From NCBI GenBank assembly GCA_951406725.2, contig OX597834.1:38998001-39062000 (forward strand): a stretch of DNA of 64,000 bases, in the 5' to 3' direction. Positions 30,005 to 45,912 of this stretch are shown in pieces. The stretch's first letter is position 1. Each line of letters begins with the position of its first letter. The translations under genes and the position numbers were made by a program. Source of the DNA: Octopus vulgaris (lineage: Eukaryota). Below the pieces are notes generated by a model, which saw nothing but the letters and a program-made list of their open reading frames with translations, was not told where the DNA came from and did no database searches.

Positions 30005-30110
30005 CTTCAGGTTCAATTCCAGTGCGCAGTACCTTGGGCAAGTGTCTTCTACTATGGCTTTGGGATGTCCAATACCTTGTAATTGAATTTCACTGTACAG
30101 AAGCCCGTCG
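30005..30110 (+). mobile_element. SINE family A, 5' fragment
   Basis: GGTTCAATTCC, CCTTGGGCAAGTGTCTTCTACTAT and GAAGCCCGTCG. Confidence 0.8.
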
Positions 30111-30152
<42 letters not shown>

Positions 30153-30195
30153 TCATACATATGTGTGTGTGTGTATGTAGTTGTATACGTATGTA

Positions 30196-30246
<51 letters not shown>

Positions 30247-31450
30247 TCATACATATGTGTGTGTGTGTATGTAGTTGTATACGTATGTATATATATATAT
30301 ATATATCCGTTTACACAAGTTAGTAATTGTTGTATACAAGTTTATGCTACTACAAAGAACCGATAAAGAAGCCATTGAAGGACTGATTTACGTCACAGAA
30401 ACAAGCACAACATCTCCCTCAAATCAAACGCCACTGTCTTAAACAAAGAACGACACTCACAACACTGAATGACCACTAAATAAAATGAAACCAGCGACCT
30501 GCTAACAGATTGACCTGGGGTTGAATAACAGTAGCAACACTGTTATTCTTGAATGCTATTATTGACGAAACAATCGCGTAACAAACCAATAAATATTCAG
30601 TTGAATGCAACAGTTGACAATTCGCCATTACAATGTCTTCTACACCGACGTCTTAAACCAAAAAAAAAAAAATGACCTAAAACACAAAATAAACACTAAA
30701 TCAGATGGAATGCACATGATAGATTCCTCTTGATCAGGGACCTACTGACAGAGTGACCAGGGGTTAAATATCAATAACAACACTGTTGAATGCTATTATT
30801 GACAGACGTAAACACGTGACAGCTTAATTATAATGCAGCTCGCACTTGCAGTGTCTTCTACGATAGCGGAACAATAATTAGCGGACCCCAACACTCGGTG
30901 CTAACCCTTAAAATTTCACTGTTGTTAAAGAAGTAAAGGGTTTTTGTGATGAAAGAAAGGAGCTGTAATAGATATAAATATGGAACTAGTGAACCCGAAG
31001 TATCGCTTCGTTGCTGCCATTGTGTTCGTTATAATGGTTTCTGGTATAAGCACAAGACCAGAGATTTTCAAGGGAGAAGTTAATCGATTTTGTCGCCCTC
31101 TGTAAACACACGCATATATATATATTCTCACGCGCGTGCACACACACACATCTATCGAGATACGAAGTGTGTGTGTGTGTGTGTGTGTGTGTTTGTAAAG
31201 ATTGAAATCTACATATTCACATGTTTTAAGGTTGTGGATGCACATACATATAATGCAAACATATACAAATCTTAAGCATACACACACACACACACGTATA
31301 TATAAGTGTGAGTGAGTGTGTGTTTTTATATATATATATATATATATACACACACTCACACATAAATATATATTTTTGTGTGCGTGTGTATATGCATACG
31401 CATAGACGTATATGTATATATGTATATATATGTATGCATTTGTATATATG

Positions 31451-31493
<43 letters not shown>

Positions 31494-31556
31494 AACATGT
31501 ATATATACATACGTACATATATATATAAACATATATATATATATATATATACATAC

Positions 31557-31593
<37 letters not shown>

Positions 31594-31799
31594 CATATAT
31601 ATATGTACGCTGACATTGTATGATAAATATTACAGACCATGTTGGCCGTCTCGTGCGTCTACTACGATTTACTAATCATCTTAACAATAATTACAATATT
31701 TAATGAATTTACGGAAAGAGTACCGGCTAGAATCTATTCAGGTATAAACTAAAGTAAGTTTTAAAGTTAGCGATTAAGACTATTAGCAGACTAGCAATA

Positions 31800-31873
<74 letters not shown>

Positions 31874-31918
31874 TGATTGATCTGCCTATCTTTTTGTATT
31901 TGTGTGTGTGTGTGTGTG

Positions 31919-32061
<143 letters not shown>

Positions 32062-32118
32062 GGATACAGGACGTGACCAACCGTGCAAACAACATGAAAT
32101 ATATACATACATACATGC

Positions 32119-32152
<34 letters not shown>

Positions 32153-32225
32153 ATGTGTATTTATGCCTAGGTGTATGCTCGTATATGCTATGATAATACC
32201 TATAGCCGATCACTAATAATAATGA

Positions 32226-32412
32226 TTTCAGTTTTTGGCACAAGGTCAGCAATTTCGGGGGAATGGATAAGTCGATCACATCGACTCTCCCACTGTTTCA
32301 TTGGTACTTACTTTATCGATCCCGAAAGGATGAAAGGCAAAGTCGACCTCGGCGAAATTTCAACTCCTAGCGTAAAGACTGGAGTACTAATAATTCTGCC
32401 AGCTCGCCGCCT
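32226..32412 (-). mobile_element. Meta-domain-like SINE (family B)
   Basis: GGTACTTACTTTATCGATCCCGAAAGGATGAAAGGCAAAGTCGACCTCGGCG is the reverse complement of the family B core. Confidence 0.8.
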
Positions 32413-32448
32413 TCAAATAAATAGCAATAATAATAATAATAATAATAC

Positions 32449-32512
<64 letters not shown>

Positions 32513-32519
32513 TAATACA

Positions 32520-32725
32520 TTTTGCTAAAGGTAGAGATCTTAAAATTTAGGGGGAGGTGGCTTGTTGATGGCATCGACCTCAGTACACGACTCGTTCTTA
32601 TTTTATCGACCATGGAAAGATAAAAGGCAAAGTCGACCTCCACGGCATTTGATCTCAGAACATAAACCTCCGGAAGGAAATTGAGCTAGGCATTTTGTTC
32701 GACGCACGATCGAATCTATCAGCTT
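32520..32725 (-). mobile_element. Meta-domain-like SINE (family B)
   Basis: TTTTATCGACCATGGAAAGATAAAAGGCAAAGTCGACCTC core. Confidence 0.75.
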
Positions 32726-32894
32726 CGAAATATACAATACACAATGTATGTGTAAGTATGCACATATACGTATCGATATAACGGTGATGTTGCAATATCA
32801 ATAGAACACAAGGGACTATTTATCTACAAAGACAAATGTTCTACGTTTGACAAAGAACAGAAAACAATACACACAAACAGCACACATACACAGC

Positions 32895-32926
<32 letters not shown>

Positions 32927-33073
32927 TGTATGTATGTATGTATGTATGTATCTTTTTAGGGATGTATAATGGAAAATAGGAAAATTCTGATAGAGGGTGA
33001 ACGCAAGGATGTGAATACGGGTGAAATATTCCATTCGATAAGCTCAGGCCTTCTCGATCCACTATATATATAT

Positions 33074-33296
<223 letters not shown>

Positions 33297-33500
33297 CATA
33301 TATGTGTGTGTGTGTGTCTGTGATGTGTGATGTGTTTATATATATATGTATGTGTTTACATATATATATTTGTATATAAGTATATGTATAGTTATATACA
33401 TGTGTGAATATGCGTATATAAATATATATATATATATATGAATTTATGTATGTTTGTCTATATACATAGATGTATAAACAAACACACACATATATATATC

Positions 33501-33533
<33 letters not shown>

Positions 33534-33907
33534 TATATATATATATATGTATATACATATATCTATATATATATGCATGCATACATAAATACACACACAC
33601 AAACACATATATTTGTATGTATGTATGTATGTATGTATGTATGTACCTATGTATGTATGCATGTATGTCGGTATGTGTGAACACAAAAGGAATTCATTGT
33701 GAGGCGAAAAGAATGGGGGCCGGGCAGAAAGTTAAAAGGTTGGCGTTGATCACAATATCTAATGCTATAGACTTTGTTGCTTTCTAAAGATTTCTGTGGG
33801 AAAATATACATAAATACCGATAATAACGGTTTACAAATTGTTATAACAACAACACCACCAACAACAACAATAACAACAACTTAATAATAAAAATAATAAT
33901 AGTTATT

Positions 33908-33942
<35 letters not shown>

Positions 33943-34091
33943 CATTATTATTATTATTATTGTTGTTGTTGCTGTTGTTGTTATTGATGTGAATTGAACC
34001 GACGGCAAAGCTTTCTTCACAGCTGGATTCGACACTACGAAATAACATACATTAAATTTGTATCTTTATAAACATATATATTGAATTCCTA

Positions 34092-34151
<60 letters not shown>

Positions 34152-34206
34152 GAGGTACAGATACAGACACGCACTCACACACGCACATACACATACACAC
34201 ATATAA

Positions 34207-34450
34207 CAGGCGTGGCTGTGTGATAAGAAGCCTGCTTCCCAGCCACATGATTCTGGGTTCAATACCACTGCATGGCACCTTGGGCAAGTATCTTCTATTT
34301 ATATAGCTTGGGCGAGTGTCTTCTCGGGCCGATCAAAGCCTTGTGAATGGATTTGGTTGGCGGAAACTGAAAGAACTCCTGGGGTCAATTTGTTCGACTA
34401 AAAGGCAGGTACACTACCATGGCTGCAGTCAAGTGATTGAAACAAATGAT
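34207..34450 (+). mobile_element. SINE family A, internally deleted (lacks the microsatellite and mid-body)
   Basis: Head and CORE joined directly to CCTGGGGTCAATTTGTTCGACTAAAAGG and the tail. Confidence 0.85.
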
Positions 34451-34460
34451 ATATATATAT

Positions 34461-34600
<140 letters not shown>

Positions 34601-34644
34601 GAGAGAAAGAGAGAGAGATGTGGATAGATAGATGAATAAATATG

Positions 34645-34682
<38 letters not shown>

Positions 34683-34708
34683 TCTATGATCGAACACATA
34701 TGTGTACG

Positions 34709-34747
<39 letters not shown>

Positions 34748-35036
34748 CTTTGAGGTTGTTCCATTAAAGTGATTTTAACGAAAACACTTAATTTTATACA
34801 GATAAGTAAACTTGATTTTAAAATTATATTCAAGAGCCTTACAGGAATTAAATTTCAACAAGAATTTCACATCTTAGGGCAAAAGACTACTTTCTGTAAC
34901 CCAACTGAAGGATTCTAGAAATTAATAATAAATAACCCCACTGAAAAAAGTTTAGTAAAGCCAATATATATATATATAAATATATACACATACACGCACA
35001 CAAACAGATAGACTATATATATATGCATGTATATAA

Positions 35037-35185
35037 TGGCGCCTAGCTGGCTGAATCGTTAGCATACTGGGCAAAATGTTTGACTTGCAGTTGGTGCATC
35101 TTCAAATTCTAAGTTCATATTCCACTGGGGTAGACTTTGCATTCATAATTTCGGGTACGATCGAATAAATACCCGTCGTGTACAC
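35037..35185 (+). mobile_element. Meta-domain-like SINE (family B), diverged
   Basis: GGCGCCTAGCTGGCTGAATCGTTAGCA head; GGGGTAGACTTTGCATTCATAATTTCGGG core. Confidence 0.65.
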
Positions 35186-35286
35186 ACAACATACGCGCAC
35201 GCACACGCACATACACAGACACATATATATATATGTATAAATGTCCCTGTGAGTAAATATATATATATATATATATGTTATTATTA

Positions 35287-35407
<121 letters not shown>

Positions 35408-35826
35408 CATCATCATAATATCCACAGTCTAAGACCTAGAATTAGTGAGAATTCTATTAGAACTGATGGATAAGAAGCCAAGAAAAAGCAAGAACAATTT
35501 TCAATTATTTTGAAATAATGTTAAAAATTATTTCTTTTTGTTATTTCCACGTGTTTTTTCCTTTGTGATGTGAATTTATTCGGATATTTCGAAGTTGGAA
35601 CCGAATAGTAACCTAGTAGTTACACGCTTTGATATGTATAGCATAGTCTGCTTCGAGTTAAAGCGTCCCACAAATAGAATTATTTCAATGTTCTCTCGAA
35701 GATTTTATATTCATATGTTGTCAAGTTATATATATATATATACATATATATATATACATACACAGATACTTATATATACATACATATATATACACGTGCC
35801 TATATATGCATCAATATACATAATAC

Positions 35827-35891
<65 letters not shown>

Positions 35892-35902
35892 TACATATAT
35901 AC

Positions 35903-35939
<37 letters not shown>

Positions 35940-36036
35940 CATATGTGTGTGTATATATATATATACGTCTTTCTCCGTGTATATGTATACATATATGCAC
36001 ACATATGTATACATATATATATGTGTGTGTGTTATA

Positions 36037-36110
<74 letters not shown>

Positions 36111-36569
36111 AAGAGAGAGACATACACACACAGATACATACATACATAAATACATACCTTAAGTACATACAGTCATACATACATCCATCCATCCATCCAT
36201 CCATCCATCCATACATACATACATACATACATACATACATACATACATACATACATACATACATACAAACATACTTATATGTATACATGTTTTTTTGCAA
36301 AGGAACTCGGCGTTTTAATACAGTCGCCACAATGATGGGCGTGTACACTCAAAGCTTCACAACAAACATGTCTTTGCAAAAAGCGTGTGAACTGATAAAC
36401 ATCTATAGATGCATACATACGTCTGTGTTTGTGTGGATGTCTGTTCGTATCTGCGCCTGCGTGTCGACGCGTATCCTTGTGTATTTGTGCATCCGAACGT
36501 TGATGGCCATTAGCTTCGTATCGTATTGAGATTATGTACATACACACTTATATATATAACTGTTTGTGA

Positions 36570-36612
<43 letters not shown>

Positions 36613-36630
36613 AACACATTTAATAGTATA

Positions 36631-36674
<44 letters not shown>

Positions 36675-36806
36675 TATATACATATATATATATATGTATA
36701 TGTATATATATGCACGAATGTATGTGTCTGTGTAAGTATGTATATGCGTCGATATTTACATGAATATATCATAGAATACATGTACACACACATACACAGA
36801 CACTGT

Positions 36807-36846
<40 letters not shown>

Positions 36847-36908
36847 TGTATATGTATATATACAATATATTATATGTATATACATATATATACACATACA
36901 TACACACA

Positions 36909-36955
<47 letters not shown>

Positions 36956-36966
36956 AACACATATAG

Positions 36967-37063
<97 letters not shown>

Positions 37064-37146
37064 GAATATATCATATATATACGTATATATATATATATAT
37101 ATATCTATATGTATATATAATATATACTATATATATACATATATAT

Positions 37147-37209
<63 letters not shown>

Positions 37210-37490
37210 GTATACATATATATTCTTATTGCTTTATATTGGAATTAATTATATGAGATATTAACATATAGTTTTAAAATTCCTAAGATGTATGACGTCG
37301 GACTGAACGAACCACGTGATGTTTACTGCGATTGTTTTCTTTTTGTTATTTAATAAAAACTGTTCTTTTTCTTGAACAAAATTCTGGGGAATATACATGT
37401 GCATAGTGTGTGAGCGTGTGCTTGTGTATGTGTGTGTATGAGTACATATATTACATGTATATATGGATATACATCTATGTATAGGTTTGC

Positions 37491-37523
<33 letters not shown>

Positions 37524-37632
37524 ATTATATATTTACATGTATATATATATATATATATAAAGATGTATTATATCCATATATATATATGTGCATATATATA
37601 TATATATATATGCAGATATATATATATATATG

Positions 37633-37685
<53 letters not shown>

Positions 37686-37733
37686 AATATATATATCTAT
37701 ACACATATTTGTATGCATATATATATGTATATA

Positions 37734-37823
<90 letters not shown>

Positions 37824-37947
37824 CATATATATGTGTGTGTGTCTGTGTGTATGTATATATATATATATATATATTAATATGTATATGTCTATATATATGT
37901 ATATACATATATATACATATATACGCAAACATACATATATATATGCA

Positions 37948-37982
<35 letters not shown>

Positions 37983-38200
37983 ATATATAGATAGATAGAT
38001 AGATATGTATGTATGCATGTATTTATGTATGTGTATGTATACACACTTGTATACATGTGTATATCCATATCTATATGCATATACTCATGTAAAACACATA
38101 TATGCTTATACTAACGCATGTGTTATTCATATGCGTATAATGTATACACAAATACATACATTTGATATTGTGTTTTTATATACTTTACACAAGCCACACA

Positions 38201-38254
<54 letters not shown>

Positions 38255-38517
38255 TATACATATATATTTATATGCATATATATATATATCGTTTCATGTA
38301 TTTGTACATTCAACTGAATGCACGATGAGTTTTGTTTAATTACCATGGAAATTATATGTAATCTACATAATACCGCCGAGTACGTCAGTAATGATAAGAT
38401 GCTTAATGACGAGGCACTTACAGAGTGATGCACTCTCATTTGTAGTCATTCACTCACACACCCACACGCTATATACACATACACACATACACACATACAC
38501 ATATACATACACATATA

Positions 38518-38575
<58 letters not shown>

Positions 38576-38622
38576 TTCACATATGTATATGTGTATGTAT
38601 ATATATATATATATACATTCAC

Positions 38623-38664
<42 letters not shown>

Positions 38665-38698
38665 TCACATATGTATATATATATATATAGACATTCAC

Positions 38699-38775
<77 letters not shown>

Positions 38776-38858
38776 TGGCTGATGGCGGTGCCCCAGCATG
38801 GCCACAGCTCCTGAGCTGAAACTAGATAAAATGAAAAAATGATATGCATATTATATAC

Positions 38859-38922
<64 letters not shown>

Positions 38923-39289
38923 ATTAGTGATAAAACCACTATTATGCAACTCAAACAGTGATAGACATAAACGAATACATAAATAACCAATATATATATA
39001 TATAATTTTTTTAAAAAAATATTTTACTTATATATATATGTATATATGTATGTATGTATGTATATGTATATAATTGTGTATGTGTCGTTGTGTATGTGTG
39101 TGCGTCTCTTCATATGTTTCTGTGTGTTCAGGTATGTGTTAATACGTGTGATATCTTAATTGACACATAATGAAGATGACGCTATATTTGTCGATATTTC
39201 AATTATTTTGGTCATAACATAATTTATATAATTTCCTGGTGTACATTGTAGAGCGTGTATGGTATATAATGCATTTCGTCTATACCTTA

Positions 39290-39535
39290 GTGGGCATGTT
39301 TCGTGTTTAGTTATGCACCCCCTTAATTCTTATTTTACTCGGGTGGACCCTCATAATCATTTAATGTTTAAAAAATAACCTCTTGCAATTTTTTTTTTAA
39401 ATCTGAAATATTTGCAATTGCATAAAAACATCGTTAAAACATTTTGTGCTTTGTATAAGTATAACTATATACACTGCACGCAAATTTTAGCAATAATATG
39501 CGACGTGGACCCTGAAAGGTCATAAGTACCCACTG
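39290..39535. mobile_element. Degenerate hAT-type MITE; related fragment at about 25786-25865
   Basis: Repeated (G/A)TGGACCC subterminal motifs and an end in CCCACTG; TIR and TSD not clean. Confidence 0.4.
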
Positions 39536-39631
39536 GTATATAATGCAATATCTAACTATTATTTAACTAGTAGGTATCTAAATATTTAACTAGTAGGTAT
39601 CTATTGCAGTTGGAATATACATATATATAGA

Positions 39632-39743
39632 GGTGCAGGCGTGGCTGTGTGGTAAGAAGCTTGCTTCCCAACCACATGGTTCAATCCCACTGCGTGACAC
39701 CTCATGAGTGGATTTGGTAGACGGAAACTGGGAACAGCCCGTC

Positions 39744-39745
<2 letters not shown>
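39632..39745 (+). mobile_element. SINE family A, 5' fragment with deletions
   Basis: GGTGCAGGCGTGGCTGTGTGGTAAGAAGCTTGC...GTGGATTTGGTAGACGGAAACTG. Confidence 0.85.
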
Positions 39746-39839
<94 letters not shown>

Positions 39840-40030
39840 CTTTGGTATATGACATATCTGATATAAAATTTGTTAGATATCCTATTTAATAAGTTTGTAA
39901 CCGCAGATAGTACATAATTTGGTACACAACTTATTTGGCATATAACCGGCTTTTATATAATAATGATTGTTATATAACTAAATTGATATACATACATATG
40001 TATATGTGTGTATATTTATATATTTATATG

Positions 40031-40112
<82 letters not shown>

Positions 40113-40567
40113 TACATTCCCATATACTCACACATACATTTAAGTTACAGGTGTTATATAACTTAGTATGACATCACCAAATGTTAAACTAAATTTGTAA
40201 TTAAATAATTACAAACGTAACAACTGCATCCTGAAATGGTCTTTCAGTAAATGAGTGATTTTTTTCTAGCTTGTATTTAAGTAATATTGAGATTCATTAC
40301 TATTTCCCTAACTTTCTAATCTAGTAACTTTCTAACTAGCTTAAGTGTTACGTAATTGAACTGTTAATTAACTTAGGTACTAATATATTGGTTGGTTCAA
40401 TTAATGGATTGTTTAATTATTCCTGTTTTTTGTTTTCTCCTAAATAGTCAACTTGCTAAATAGCTAACTTGCAAACTTGCTTATCAACTAAATTGCTGGT
40501 TTGTAGCCTACTAACATAAAGACGTACGCATACATACGCACACGTCGAAACCTGCTGATAAAAGCCT

Positions 40568-40641
<74 letters not shown>

Positions 40642-40924
40642 GCACATACACACATACACATACACACGCACATATAATTTAACTTCGCTCCAGGCATTCC
40701 CTAATTATCTTTCTCACTAACTAATTGATTGATATTTAGACTAAATACCAAAATAACTACTAACTATTGCTTACTATACAATAATTACTAACTGCTTCTA
40801 ACAAGTACCAAGTAATTACTTATGAATTACTACCAACAACTAATTTTCACTAACTTTTAACAACTACAAACTATCTATTTCAAGCTATTACCAGCTGCTA
40901 ACTATTGCTAACTATCTTTATTTT

Positions 40925-41270
40925 TTTACTCTCTTTTACTTGTTTTAGTCATTTAACTGCGGCCATGATGGGGCACCGCCTTTAGTCGTGAAACTCGACC
41001 CCACTAAATTACGGGAACGTAAACACACCACCATCGGATGTTGGGGGACAAACACAGACACAAACATTCACACACATATATATATATACACATATATATA
41101 TTATATACGACAGGCTTCTTTCAGTTTCCATCTGCCAACTCCATTCACAAGGCTTAGGTTGGCCCGAGGCTATAGTAGAAGACACTTGCCCAAGCTGCCA
41201 CACAGTGGGAATGAACCCGGAACCATGTGGGTGGTAAGCAAGCTACTTACCACACAGCCACTCCTGCTCC
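40925..41270 (-). mobile_element. SINE family A (minus strand)
   Basis: Reverse complement of head to tail with a small internal deletion. Confidence 0.9.
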
Positions 41271-42598
41271 TCACAACTAACAATTATTTTTACTTATTAC
41301 TAACTACAAACTATTATCACTTTCTATTTCTTAAAAATAATTACCATTTTTATTAACGGAGTATTAACTAGTGTTAATATTTATTAACTATTAACTGTGA
41401 CTATCTGTTAGCTTATTATTACTAAGAAGTTCTAAACATTAAGTAAATATTACTGTTGCTATGAAGTGATTATTAACTAACTATGAATCAACTAATCTAA
41501 CCATTAAGTAACTATTACAAAATCATATGTTACTAACAAAATTTACACTTTCTCTTTAAAATACTATAAAGATGCACATCTGAATGGAAGTTATAACTAA
41601 ATTATTGCTAATATTCATAGAATCAACATAAAGAGCTAATTAGAAATAATTATGGAATGAGGGAAAGGCAACATGTTTTAATTTTCTATTTTAATGATTT
41701 CAGCAAGTAAGGGAGATAACTCCGGGAACGTTCCGGTATTATTAGACGTCTTCTATAAGGCTTGTGCTTAACCATTTTTACTGGAGTAGTGACGGGAGAG
41801 TGACTAAATCGATGAAGAATATCATATATTAGTCGAAGTGGATAATTTATATATTTCAGAAAATTAATTACCAAAGTTAATTGCTCGGAGACGCCAACCG
41901 CACTTTAGAAATTATAATTTTATAAGATATAATTCATTAAATTTATCGTAACATAAATTATGAAAAAAAAAAAAATCTAAATAAATAATTATCCGGGTGT
42001 ATAACTATTTAATTAAATAACTTGGGAACTAGGGAACACAAGTTCATTGTAAAACTCCAGCCCCCAAAATTATATATTAAAAAAAAAATACTTGAAGTTC
42101 AGAAATATGGGTTTGTTTTTTTTCAGCGCCACTGTGAAACATAAATTAAAAACTTATTAAATTAGTTGTTGATTGATTCAATGTTTAATTACTTAAGCAA
42201 TCAACATAGCAACTAACAATATCCAAACCATATGAGTAAACGTGTGAGTCTGTATATGGTCGTTTGGCCCAACTAAATGTAGTAGTTAAATGTCCCTCAA
42301 AATCACACCGTATTTCTTTTAGAAAAGCGGGGGAAACGTTTTGAGCTTCGAAAACTTTTATTATAGATCTAATGTGTGATAGTTCTGGGCATCAAACACC
42401 GCAAACACCAACAAGAACCACAAAAGAACATCATCAACACACACAAACAACCAGAGCAGCACTAAAAACAGCAACACCGGCAGAAACAGCACACCAATAA
42501 AACAGTTACCTCCCTTTCGATAAAAGACTATTGATATCTTGTCAATTATGTGGACAACCAATAATTTAATAAATAGCGATATATGTCTCTTTGTATTT

Positions 42599-42686
<88 letters not shown>

Positions 42687-42688
42687 TG

Positions 42689-42724
<36 letters not shown>

Positions 42725-42818
42725 CATATATACATTATATATATATATATATATTCATATATGTATATATGTATATATATATATATATATATACATATAT
42801 GTATATATATATATATAT

Positions 42819-43000
42819 ATTCTTTTATTCGTTTACCTGTTTCAGTCATTTGACTGCGGCCTTACTGGAGCACCGCCTTTAGTCGAACAAATCGACCCCC
42901 AGGACTTATTCATTGTAGGCCTAGTACTTATTCGAACGGTCTCTTTCGGACGTAAACACACCAACATCGGTTGTCAAGCGATGGTGGGAAACAAACACAC
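42819..43000 (-). mobile_element. SINE family A, 3' half (minus strand)
   Basis: GTTTCAGTCATTTGACTGCGGCC...GGAGCACCGCCTTTAGTCGA. Confidence 0.88.
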
Positions 43001-44469
43001 ACACACACATGGTAACCAGCTATGTATAGATGTCTATATAAAACGGACTGGCTTTAGTACATACATACCCAAGCTATAAATATAACAACAGCCGATGTGC
43101 GCATGTTCAAGCAATTAAAACCATTACTAGTTTATTAACTGCATAGTTAAATGATTAACTAAAAAATTTGTTTCCCTTCAAAAAATGTTGCAAACAACAA
43201 AAGTTGCGAAACAATCAGAACAAGATTTACTTCTGATCAGGAAATAACCACTTTATCATATATTGAACGTGTATTGATTACTTGCCAACTGACTAATCTA
43301 CTATTGTGGTTATGTAACCCTAGGCCATGCTAGATCAAACAGACCTCTGGTGAAATACTTAATGTGTAGCCAGGACTACAATCTCTTTTGTTTTGCTCGT
43401 TTTTGATACAATGAACGATGTATTGAGGCAAATTTGACTGCTATTTCTTGCAGATAGAGTGATCTCTAAGATTGACGCAGAAAGTTCTTTAAAAATAATA
43501 GCTTTATTTCACAAAGTCTTATATGAGGGCCTTTCAGATATTATTGTTTAAAATGTAGCAGCAATTGAACCATAAGACGTAGTATTCGGTGACTAGACTG
43601 GTGATAAAAAGTAGCTAACTTCCTCCCAACAAGGAACATGTCAACAAGGACAAGAGTAACGGCAATAACAACAGCAACAATATTTTAAACTTATTTTGTC
43701 TTATACAGGATTGCATGACATTTCTATAGGATTGTTTCCGGTGGGTTAAAGTGGAAGATTTTAACACATAAATGTGGTTACCCGAGTAATCACAATTATT
43801 ACAAGGGAGATAATCATCTCTTCATAGTATTTGGAGGGATTAGAAATTCGAATTTGAAATTAAGGAATTATAGGGAAAAAATTTCCATAGGAATCGCATA
43901 TTCATTTTTCTTGTTTACATATTCCGAAGGTCTTACAATTTCTAACATGTTTGCACTGGCAATTGTTTTTGTTTAACCCTACGCCAGCCTAGATCAAAGG
44001 GATCTATGGTAAAATGATTAATGTATAGCTAGGACTACAATCTCTAATATTTTGTTCATATTTCATATAATGAAGAATGCATTGAAGCAAAATAGCCCCA
44101 AATAACCCAGCGGAGAGAAGGGCCTTCGAGGCCTTCCTATCAGCCGGGTTATTTTATCTGCACACGTTTCTCACCTAATTTGTTTTATGTGTATGCGTGT
44201 GTTATCTCTACTTTTTTGCGTGTACAAAGATTGGCATTGACCAATAAATATATCCTTTCTTAACTGTTAAAAGAATGATTGAAGCTTATAAATAACATGA
44301 AACTAGAAAAGGAAAGAGAAAATAGTGAAATAAACCGCTGAAAATTTACAACAAAGATGGAAGTAAAATGATAATATAGAAATAATTTCAAAGCATTTAT
44401 AAGCAATATCGAAATTTATGAAACTACGAAATGTGAAAACAGTTGGCTGTGAACCCCTGGCTATTTCCT

Positions 44470-44658
44470 TCTCTTTGGCATTCAGATTATTTAGCTTAAT
44501 CTGTCAAATGTAATGATTATTTATTCCCATCTTTTGAATGAAATCGAGAATTAAAACAACATTGTCGGGTAGGTGTGAGTGGCCGGATCTGGTCAGTTTG
44601 AACACAAAACAGGTAGAATATTTGGGCCGGATATGACCAGCTTAAATGCCCAAGGGAT
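44470..44658. mobile_element. Degenerate MITE with piggyBac-type TIRs
   Basis: Imperfect TIRs TCTCTTTGGCATTC / AAATGCCCAAGGGA; internal repeated GGCCGGAT motifs. Confidence 0.5.
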
Positions 44659-44759
44659 GTGCTAATATGACATGACTAAGATAAACAACGAAACCAAAAT
44701 ACAGATAAATGGTTGTTTCACGACGCAGGACATTAGGGTGCCAAAGAAACATATAACAT

Positions 44760-44851
44760 AGTTCTATATTTATATGCCCCACGGGTTAAGAGCGCGGGCT
44801 ACTAACCCCAAGATTCCGAGTTCGATTTCAAACAGTGACCTGAAAAATAAC

Positions 44852-44905
<54 letters not shown>

Positions 44906-45072
44906 CGATAATAATTCAACTCGAAAAATAAGAATGAGAACCCAGGTTCGAAATTTCCCCCAAGACACCTGAAGAAGGCTGGAGAGTATATCAGCCGAAA
45001 CGTTGTGTTAACAACAAACAGGATGACGACAAATATCCGTCGAATGTAAATAATGTAAATAATGTAAATAAT
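44760..45072 (+). mobile_element. tRNA-Ile-like-headed SINE-like element with (AAT)n spacer and 3' hammerhead, flanked by a 13-bp TSD
   Basis: GGTTAAGAGCGCGGGCTACTAACCCCAAGATTCCGAGTTCGATT (44784-44827) resembles tRNA-Ile(AAT); hammerhead at 44964-45009; tail (AATGTAAAT)3; AAACATATAACAT at 44747-44759 and 45073-45085. Confidence 0.8.
44964..45009 (+). ncRNA. Minimal type I hammerhead ribozyme
   Basis: GACAC / CUGAAGA-A / GGCUG...CAGCC / GAA / ACGU / U / GUGUU; all core bases and stems I and II intact; predicted cleavage 3' of 45004. Confidence 0.85.
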
Positions 45073-45371
45073 AAACATATAACATCTTATGACAATGTTG
45101 TGACAACGATGGTTAAATCAGTGGGCAAAAGTAAGAGAGATATTATGACTCTAAGTTTAAAGGTGGTGACAGGATTCAGGAGATGCTAAAAATATGAAAT
45201 CTGCAGAAAGATGGAATTCAATATTAACAATAAAGGCAGCCATATTATCAAAATATATTTAAAATTGGAATTTTATAGATTTTAGTATTATTTTAGATTG
45301 ATCTGAGATATGTTTGATTAAAGTTTCGTTTACCTGTATATGATAGATGCACTTACATTATGATAATTATG

Positions 45372-45467
<96 letters not shown>

Positions 45468-45693
45468 TCACAGAGAATAACAACAACACGCTGCAGGGTG
45501 GAGAATTCTGGCAGTGAATTCTTCTGGGTAGACTCTAACAACATCCTCTTTTACAATTTAACGTGCACATATGCACGCACACACACACATATATATATAT
45601 ATATACAGGCATGCATAAATACATACATATATATATGTATGTATATATATATATATATGTATAAATGTATATGTGTGTGTAAGTGTATACACA

Positions 45694-45735
<42 letters not shown>

Positions 45736-45843
45736 TTAATATATATACATATATGTAGGTCAATATTTATACATTCATTCATTCATACATACATATATGT
45801 ATATATATATATATATATAGAATATATATATATATATAGAATA

Positions 45844-45912
<69 letters not shown>

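Noticed and set aside
40190-41620. TAAC/ACTA-rich region resembling telomeric or branch-point arrays
   Set aside because: Irregular low-complexity decay of a tetranucleotide repeat; no TTAGGG array
44784-44842. Functional tRNA gene
   Set aside because: The 5' acceptor and D-arm half is missing and there is no acceptor stem; interpreted as a SINE head
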